A stretch of 64,000 nucleotides of DNA from Dehalococcoidia bacterium. GTDB taxonomy: Bacteria; Chloroflexota; Dehalococcoidia; Lucifugimonadales; UBA3495. The stretch covers positions 4,948,071 to 5,012,070 of the forward strand of contig OZ250155.1 in the NCBI GenBank assembly GCA_965237775.1. Reading direction: 5' to 3'. The notes under the pieces are model-generated. The model had not been told where the DNA came from. It searched no databases and was given only the letters and a program-made list of their open reading frames with translations. Below, piece after piece: positions 57,379 to 64,000 of this stretch. The translations under genes and the position numbers were made by a program. Position 1 is the stretch's first letter, and each line of letters starts with the position of its first letter.

Positions 57379-57927
57379 CTAAATGGGCAGCGCCTCTTCG
57401 ATGCGGTCCTCTGGCAACTCCACGCCAAAGGCGTTGACGTTGAACGCCAGCATGGCGTAGCAACCCATCAGAGTTGTCAGTTCGGTCGCGCCGTTGACCC
57501 CGAAATGTGCCACCACTGCGTCGAACGATTCCTGGCTGACGCGACGGGTCCGGAAGAACTCCCGTCCGTAGTTTATTACCGCCATCTCGTCCTCTGCGGG
57601 ACTGGGTAGTTCCTTCTTGTCCCCAAGGGCGTCGACCAAATCGTCGCGCAGACCCTCGCGCCTGGCCGGCGGAGCGTGGGCGTTCCAGATGAACTGGCAG
57701 TCGTTCTCTCGAGCCGCCAGCAGCATCGCCAGTTCACGGATGCGGGTCGAAAGCGACGTCTCTGTGCGTAGATAGGCAGCCAGACCGAGGGAGCGTTGGG
57801 CGACCTCAGGGGCGTTGAGCATGACTGACCCGGGTCCCGTGGCGGGCACTTCCCCCCTGGCCGCCACGAAGGCTTCACGTTCTCGTTCAGGCACTGATTC
57901 CCTAGAGACTGCGGGCGTTCTGGCCAT
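57379..57927 (-). CDS. carboxymuconolactone decarboxylase (AhpD-like) family protein
   Basis: RIRELAMLLAARENDCQFIWNAHAPPARREGL.., ELTTLMGCYAMLAFNVNAF. Confidence 0.7.
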   Translation of the reverse strand: MARTPAVSRESVPEREREAFVAARGEVPATGPGSVMLNAPEVAQRSLGLAAYLRTETSLSTRIRELAMLLAARENDCQFIWNAHAPPARREGLRDDLVDALGDKKELPSPAEDEMAVINYGREFFRTRRVSQESFDAVVAHFGVNGATELTTLMGCYAMLAFNVNAFGVELPEDRIEEALPI

Positions 57928-58054
57928 GCTTCCCTTCCTAATTGCGAATCCTATGGAGGTATTATATTTCGCCAGTCAAATATCGTCAGCACTATTGCGT
58001 AGCATGGTATAGAGCCTGTCCCCAAAAGGGAGACTTGAGAGAAGGAAGGAGGAA

Positions 58055-59290
58055 TTAGCGAAAGACCTGGGAATTCACCGAGCCACTCCCTGGATTGAAG
58101 GGCAAAAAGCGGGCCCGGGGCCATGGGGATAGGTTGCGGCTGTCACATCGCCGCAGTTCAGGAGGAGAGATAAGGCTCCGGACTGTTTCGCATTCCGGAG
58201 CGCCACGGCCGCCGAGGGTCCGCAGGTTAAAGACGGTGACCAACATGGCCCACTCGGCCGCCACGTTGTCCAGCCTGCGTAGCAGGAATCTCCGGGCCCC
58301 CTGCTGTTCCTTGATGATTCCGAAGACCGGTTAGACCAGTTGCTTTCTCAGCCTGTACGCCTCTTTTGCGGTGCTGGTGGACATCCAAGCCCGATGACGG
58401 CGTAGCAGATCGTCGTGGGGCCAATGAATATGCTCCGGCCATCGCGACCAGACTTGGTACATATTCCGAAAGCTGGACACCTCCGGCAAATGGCGCAAGT
58501 AGCCCGGTACACTAGCCTACGAGTTTCACTGGCATCCTGCTGAGTGTCGTTAAAACGAAGCGTCTGACCCTGGGGGCACGTATAGGTGTCAGTGGACCCG
58601 TCATAGGTGAAGCGCTCCTTCTAATACGGGGGCCTTGAGCAGCCTTTGCCGCGCCTCCGGCACTGCCAACTGTTGGCCGAGGCGCGCGCATTCGTCCAAG
58701 TCGTTCTCGGCAAAATACCGGCATCGGCCAACGTCATCCCAGCTATGGTCCCCGCCTTCTCCTCAGCCCCTTTCATCATTGAAATCATCAGGCCATTGTC
58801 AGACGCTTGCTCCACCATTTCTACGGCGGTGACCAACATCCTGGTCGCTCCCCCATCATGCTCTATAGATGAGACCATAGCTTGGGCATTGTAGCTTGCT
58901 ACAATGCCCTGCCTGCCCTTCATCAGCTTGGCATGTTGGTCGGTCAGGTTGCGGCGTCTTGGGCGTTGTTGACTCGCAAAATCGTCCATCATCTGCCTCA
59001 CCCGCTCTCTTAAGACCTTCTTGTCGCCCACTCACCAGACAGATGGGGAGCAGCCACTCCCTCCCCAGCCTCGTTCTGGCCTCAAGATTCACGATAGCCT
59101 TCTCTACCCGATCCAACAGTCCCCGCAGGCCCTCGGCGTCGTAGCTCCGGTTCGAAGATGCGTTGGCGGCCACCTTCGTGCCATCCACCGCCTTAACCGC
59201 CAGGCCCACCAACGTATACGGTAGACAGAACCGTCTTCGAGCTGTGGCTGGGAAGCCTGTGAACGCGCCAGGGTCTCTCTGTCCCGGCAT
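58055..59290 (-). pseudogene. IS1182-family-like transposase remnant (5'-truncated, with frameshifts and in-frame stops)
   Basis: Fragments: ..AVKAVDGTKVAANAS.., ..SYNAQAMVS..DNGLMISMM..TLADAG(Y)F.., ..KERFTYDGSTDTYTCPQGQ.., and ..LRKQLV*PVFGIIKEQQGARRFLLRRLDNVAAEWAMLVTVFNLRTL. In-frame TAG at 58621-58623 and in-frame TAA at 58331-58333. No terminal repeats were identified. Confidence 0.55.
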
Positions 59291-59333
59291 CGCGACGGTT
59301 AGGGCAGCCTTTGCTTGTCGAGGAGAATCGCGG

Positions 59334-60949
59334 TTAAGACACTACGACCCGTTGTCCCTTGTCGCTATCCCCTGGCACCAGACGCAGGTGTGACACAGTT
59401 CCAGATATCAGCGCCCGCTGGACAGCTTCAGGATCGGCTAGACGGGCGTTCTCTATGTGAGTTCTGATGTGCCCTATAGGAATCCTCACCCCTTCAATGT
59501 CGAGCCACATGTCTTGTTCCATGAGGACAGAACGCGCACAGCCGTCCAGCAGATCCTCCAGCCCTGGGCCCCAATGATCCAAGCTCAGGTTCAACGATTT
59601 CCACGTAAAGTCGATGCTTTCCCCCTTGAGCAGGCTTGCAGCCGTCAAGATCTCCTGTCCCTCCTCGGGAGTAAGTGAAGGGGGGAGCGCCCAACAGATG
59701 CCCCTGCGGTCCTGCAGAAAGGCGAGTGCCTCAAAAACCCAGACCAAGCCTTCGTCTACCGAGAAGGGCGTCAGTATCTCACTACTCATGACTATGCCGC
59801 CAGGCCAACGGAATGCAAGGCGATGCGGTGGTTGACAGGCACCTACCCATCGAAAGTGTGGCACTAAAGCGGCTGGCATTGCTGGTTTAGGATCCAACCA
59901 GAACTTGGCCTCAAACTCACCGGCCTCGACGTCGACTCTCAAGCGAGTTTGCAGCCATCCGACGTTATCGGCTCCGGTCAAGATGGACCCTTTCAGACCT
60001 CCTGTTCGTTCAGTGAGGTAGACCGGCCAACTGGCTATAAGCCTGTCGTCATCCATGATATCGAGTGCGAGGCTGATGGGCTCATCAAGCGCCCTGCTGG
60101 ACGGCAGGAGACTGACCTCCGCTCCAGTGAAGCTCCCTCCGAGACCAGAGGGGCATCTACCGCTACGCCGCAAACCATGCTGGGCGGAATGGTCGCTGCC
60201 AACCCATAGGTCAAGGCGTTCTGTACTAAATCGCCGTCCGGTCCGATGACGACCTTGACCTTGATGGTGATAGGTCGATCATCAACAGCTCCTGAATACT
60301 TCGGATAAACGTCAACTCTCCCATCACTGAAGCTGACGGAGAGGACAACGTCCGTTGGTCTGCAGTTCGCCGCAGTTCTTCCAGTAGATAGCTCATAGCG
60401 GTAGTAGGGGTCGATCTCATTCAAACGACTATGAAGAGTCCGTAACCGACCTATTCCGTCATGGACATCAGCGATTCTCGCTTGCTCTTCCCGAAGTTCG
60501 CGAAGCAAGTAGTACACCTCATCTTTTGCCCCCTCTAGAAAGTATCGCTTAATGTCCGGGAATGCCTACATTTTCTAGTCCAGCCATGTCTTCCCTAACC
60601 ATTGGATTGGAAAGCAGTAGCTCTTTCCGAGTCCACGGAACCATTCGTCCTCGGCGGGGGTGGGATCGATGGGAACAACAAGGGTCCACCGAGCTGGCTT
60701 TAGGCCCACCGCCCGTTTCAAAGAACAGACTGCCTGTCTTGGCCGAGTTTTGCCAATTCTGCCAGTAAAGGATTTGAGCTCGAATGCGTGCACGATTTGG
60801 TTGTTCTGTCCGTGGATGATCTGCACGTCCTGACCACCATCACCGCCCTTACCATCGATCCGCTGGGCCTCTAGGTGCAGCCGACTGAGCAGGACCGAGA
60901 CTATGTCCTCATATCGTTGGCGTTCGATTTCCTCCCACCGAATCTGCAT
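59334..60949 (-). pseudogene. protein with an N-terminal PD-(D/E)xK (restriction-endonuclease-like) domain, about 538 codons, broken by two in-frame TAGs and one frameshift
   Basis: ORF 60575-60949 (WEEIERQRYEDIVSVLLSRL..DGKGGDGGQDVQII..HAFELKSF) continues in the same frame through TAG-AAA-ATG-TAG (60566-60577) into ORF 60035-60517 (AFPDIKRYFLEGAKDEVYYLL..). It then shifts frame near 60150 into ORF 59334-60173. TAA stop. Confidence 0.5.
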
Positions 60950-60957
60950 GACCTCGC

Positions 60958-61866
60958 CTAGGCATCAAGGTTTAGTGTGAGAATCCTCTCAGGTATTGGG
61001 ACAAAGCGTTTGGTGGTATATCTCTCTACCAAACCCTCCAAGTCGAGTCGGCTGATAAGTTCTTGCATGTCCACCAATTGCTCATCGTCACTCAGATAGT
61101 CGTCGTAAACGTAACGGTCGTCATCAACTTGACGGCCGCCACTGGGAGTTAATGAAGGAAAGAACTCCACGGCTCCCATCCTCCCTCTGCGCATACGCTC
61201 ATCCTGAGGCCCATTCGAAACGTTGTGTACCCCTGCCCTTGTACAGGAAGGATGAAAGAGACATCTCCACGGTACTGCGTCTCGGTGCCAATGAATTGAA
61301 TCGAAGCTCTTTGGACCTCATCCGTCATGAACAAGCCTTACAATTTCTAACGGAGCAACCGTGCATCCCATTTGCGGTGGGTCTGGCGACTGTTGCATAC
61401 GACAGTTCCAATGCCGTCTTGCCGTGCGGTCGTCTACATGGTTGTAAAAGCAATACAATGGGGTGGCGCCTATCCAATCTGAAAATGCCTCAAGAGCGTC
61501 CATCTGGTACCTCGAACCGGCCTTATATCGCAATCGACCGTACGAATACGCTGATGTTTGGTCTAGCTTTAGCTTCTTCGCCTAGACAACGTAGAACGTA
61601 GGAGTGATCCTGCGTCTAAAGATCACCCATAGCCAGTCGAAGCCGACAATCCGCTCATCGAATTTAGAGACTCGGAATACACCAACTTCGTTTAGTACGG
61701 TACGTGCAATTTCCAGCATGGCCAAGTCCGACGCCGTATCTTCAGAAAAGCCGAGCCTCAGTCGTCTTGCGTCACGCAGCCAGCCCCAGGTCATCTCGGC
61801 CAATGACTCATACAGGCTTAGGGCGTCCGTATACCGAGGTGGTCCATGCGTTTGAAAGGCACGCAT
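60958..61866 (-). pseudogene. nuclease-like hypothetical protein, 303-codon frame with an internal TAG and TGA
   Basis: The frame is ORF 61582-61866, then TAG (61582-61584), then ..AKKLKLDQTSAYSYGRLRYKAG..ATPLYCFYNH.., then TGA (61318-61320), then ..RYVYDDYLSDDEQLVDMQELISRL... The pattern E..GFDWLW......[*]AKKL.....PLYCFYN resembles an E..GxDW..QAKrL..PlYcfYN family I recall but cannot name. An alternative frame (61149-61334) looks more protein-like across the TGA region, so two frameshifts are also possible. Confidence 0.45.
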
Positions 61867-61934
61867 TAGTCTTTGTCGTCTCCAAGAGCTACCGCCGAAT
61901 TCCGCAGCCGCTCGAGCCCCCTCCCTCCAATTAG

Positions 61935-63284
61935 CTATTCTATCCCCAGCTTCCTTCGTAAGGGCGGATATCGGGTCGCCATATTCCTGATGTGGTCACA
62001 GTCGATCTCCAAAAGACGAAGCAAGTGTAGCTGCACTAGGGCCCCAAGTTTGGAGTGTAGTTGGCGCAACTCCTGCGGCTCAGTTACGGCCTGATTCTTG
62101 ATGTCCTGGTCATAGTGGGTCAGATAATTTCTTGTGCTGACCACTCGGCTGACAAATGCTTCGCGCGCGGATTCGTTTCCGAACAGGTCATTGAATGGCA
62201 TGAGCATCTGCCTGATCCTGCGCCGGAGAGAAAGCTCGTTTGCATATTTGAACCTTGCTTGTACCCAGGATCTCCATCTGTTCGGAGTGCTCTGTAGGAT
62301 CGAATCTATGAGACTCCCGAATTCTTCCTCCGGCATTTGGGTCTCTGCGGAGCTCCTTCGATGTAGCGATTCTATGCCATGGACAAGGAACAGAAATCCC
62401 ACTTCCAGATGCATGTACCGATTTGCCGAGACCGCGAAGTACGGGTTGAATGTGGGTTCATATTCCTCATAGCGGTCTAGCCATCTGGGCAGGTATTCTT
62501 GGATGTTGTGGGCCATTTCGTCAAATGAGATGAGAAAGTTTCCTGCGCTGATGTCCTCCCTGGGCAGGTCATACGGATCGAACTGGCCGTATATGACCAC
62601 GGTATTGCGGGGACTGTAGGGCGCGTTCGCTTCCTCTCGGGAACCGCTGATGGAGGTGAAGGAAACGGAACGGTCAAATGCCAAGCAAATGAAGTTTCTT
62701 ACTCTCCGCAACACCTGCATAAACTCGGAGAATGAACGCGGTCGTCTCGATTCTATCCTGATGCTCATCTCGGTGGTGATAGCTTGCTCGAACAGGCTTG
62801 ACTTCATTCCAGCTCCCATGTGGAAGCCTATGGTGAGATCGGCCGATATTGGGAAAGTAATCGGTTCAGGCTGGTTGTAGGTTACGGAAAATGGTTCGGC
62901 CGCGTCCCCATCGCGTGAGAAGGGGCGGTGTTGAAAGACGAACCACTCGTCAAGCCCCTCGTCTGAAAATGTCACACCCCAGAAAACGCAACCTACATGG
63001 ACGCTGCACTTGGACAGTAGTTCAACGTTCACCACGTCTGTCTGTTGAACGACTATACAATCAACTAGAGTCACGGGGCCTGCCTTGTCCGTCACCCCCA
63101 GAATGTGTAGTCTCTTTTCCGTGAGTTGCTCACGAGGTCTGTTGTGTGGCGAATCAAAGGCATCAAACATCTACGGGGACGCGTCCCCATTCTCAGAGAT
63201 GCGAAGCACTCCCGTTAGTCTGTTGTCAGATTTCTCTACCAGCCAGAAGTAGCCGTATGTTTCTATCGACTCCGGAAGTTGCAT
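61935..63284 (-). pseudogene. ApeA-like N-terminal domain plus Apea-type HEPN domain protein, with an in-frame TAG after codon 37
   Basis: ATG at 63284 follows AAGGGG. MQLPESIETYGYFWLVEKSDNRLTGVLRISENGDASP-TAG-MFDAFDS.. is directly in frame with ORF 61935-63170. The HEPN Rx4H motif is VSTRNYLTHYDQD. The terminal stop is TAG (61935-61937). Confidence 0.6.
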
Positions 63285-63418
63285 CAGACACCCCTTTTAG
63301 CACGCGCCACGTACGACGCACCCATCGCCCCAGCCGCTGTAGCTGTCCTGGTGTGTGAACCGCCATCGCCTCATGGTATGATAATTTGGCAGTACCACAA
63401 TTAAACTAGGTCGGGCCC

Positions 63419-63616
63419 ATGCTTGAGAACTACGTCGACGTCATTGAGGCGTCCAAGATTCTGGAGGTCCACCCTGAGACGGTGAAGCGCCTCATACGAG
63501 AAGGTAAGCTGACTGCAGCCAAATTCGGGAACAAGTGGATCATCGAGCTCGACCGTCTCCGCGTGTTTGCCAACACCTATGACGGAAAGCGCGGTAGAAC
63601 GAGGAGACTCTTGTGA
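63419..63616 (+). CDS. excisionase/MerR-type helix-turn-helix DNA-binding protein
   Basis: 65 aa. VIEASKILEVHPETVKRLIREGKLTAAKFGNKWII is typical of Xis/AlpA-like HTH_17 proteins. It is divergent from the ApeA-like gene. Confidence 0.6.
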   Translation: MLENYVDVIEASKILEVHPETVKRLIREGKLTAAKFGNKWIIELDRLRVFANTYDGKRGRTRRLL

Positions 63617-64000
63617 GTACCATCGCCTCTAGGGACCTTGAGAATACAAGTGAATAATCCGCAAGGGCCTTCGGGCCTTGGTATGGCGATGCCCCGTAGG
63701 CTATGGAATTGACGCACCGATTAACTTGCGGTTCACTCAGACAATGGTTAAGGTCGTTTTAGTCAGCTCTAACCTATCCTGTCTCTTATGTACTGAATGA
63801 ACTTGTCGCAGAACAGATACAGGTCTTCACCTCCTATCTCCGCCTTCCTATGTCGGACGTAATCTTCGTTCTTGCGCTTCATCTCGTCGCACACAATCAT
63901 CTTTATTTCGGACGGCTCACGGGAATCAGCGGAGGACGACCCAATGCCCTAAAACCTAAATCGGCCGTGAGCTACTGCATTGCGTAGGTGGTTGACGAGA

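Noticed and set aside
61149-61334. Separate 61-aa gene (MFMTDEVQRASIQFIGTETQYRGDVSF..).
   Set aside because: It more likely represents the ancestral frame of the middle part of the broken gene 60958-61866 (two frameshifts) than an independent gene. This cannot be decided without homologues.
63640-63700. Possible terminator hairpin after the Xis-like gene (AAGGGCCTTCGGGCCTTGG).
   Set aside because: The sequence is mainly a direct GGGCCTT repeat. The best stem contains a mismatch and no T-tract follows.
63775-63906. 44-aa minus-strand ORF (MIVCDEMKRKNEDYVRHRKAEIGGEDLYLFCDKFIQYIRDRIG) near the window end.
   Set aside because: It is too short, has no recognisable family, and sits close to the window edge.

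Overview
GC-rich bacterial chromosomal window. The taxon cannot be determined from the sequence. The gene content (several acyl-CoA dehydrogenase paralogs, two LLM/F420-type oxidoreductases, a DUF1800/DUF1501 pair, many REP-like intergenic repeats) is reminiscent of Chloroflexota or Actinomycetota, but this is inference only. The left ~50 kb is a housekeeping and metabolic backbone: ACAD cluster, PAC2-family protein, amidohydrolase, M50 protease, DUF1800-DUF1501-NHL operon, enolase-superfamily enzyme, coaX-coaBC, tRNA-Gly, Fpg/Nei, ChrA, aldehyde dehydrogenase, BNR propeller, TrmI, MidA-like methyltransferase, citrate synthase and a DUF255 thioredoxin-domain protein. Mobile and defence modules punctuate this backbone. 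(1) Three near-identical 1,432-bp IS66-family (single-ORF, ISBst12-like) copies each have a perfect 8-bp target duplication. Each interrupts another selfish or defence gene: a PIN-like toxin, a 1,355-codon type IIG-like restriction-modification gene, and an IS630-family transposase. (2) An IS630-family element sits next to an AT-richer BglII-like type II R-M pair. (3) A second IS630-family element is present in two decayed copies. (4) An AT-richer SAMHD1-like HD-domain gene is paired with a YwgA/Panacea-like gene behind a 125-bp tandem duplication. The right ~14 kb, from a truncated tRNA-Ser(UGA) at 49.94 kb to the window end, looks like a decayed mobile/defence island. It contains nested IS630/IS66/IS110-like elements, an IS1182-like remnant, and a three-gene minus-strand cluster (ApeA-like HEPN protein plus two nuclease-like genes) beside an excisionase-type HTH gene. 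All three cluster genes are broken by in-frame stops (mostly TAG) or frameshifts. Many frameshifts in the window sit in homopolymer runs, so assembly error must be excluded before calling pseudogenes. No rRNA genes or CRISPR arrays were seen. All family assignments come from motif recognition by eye; no searches were run.
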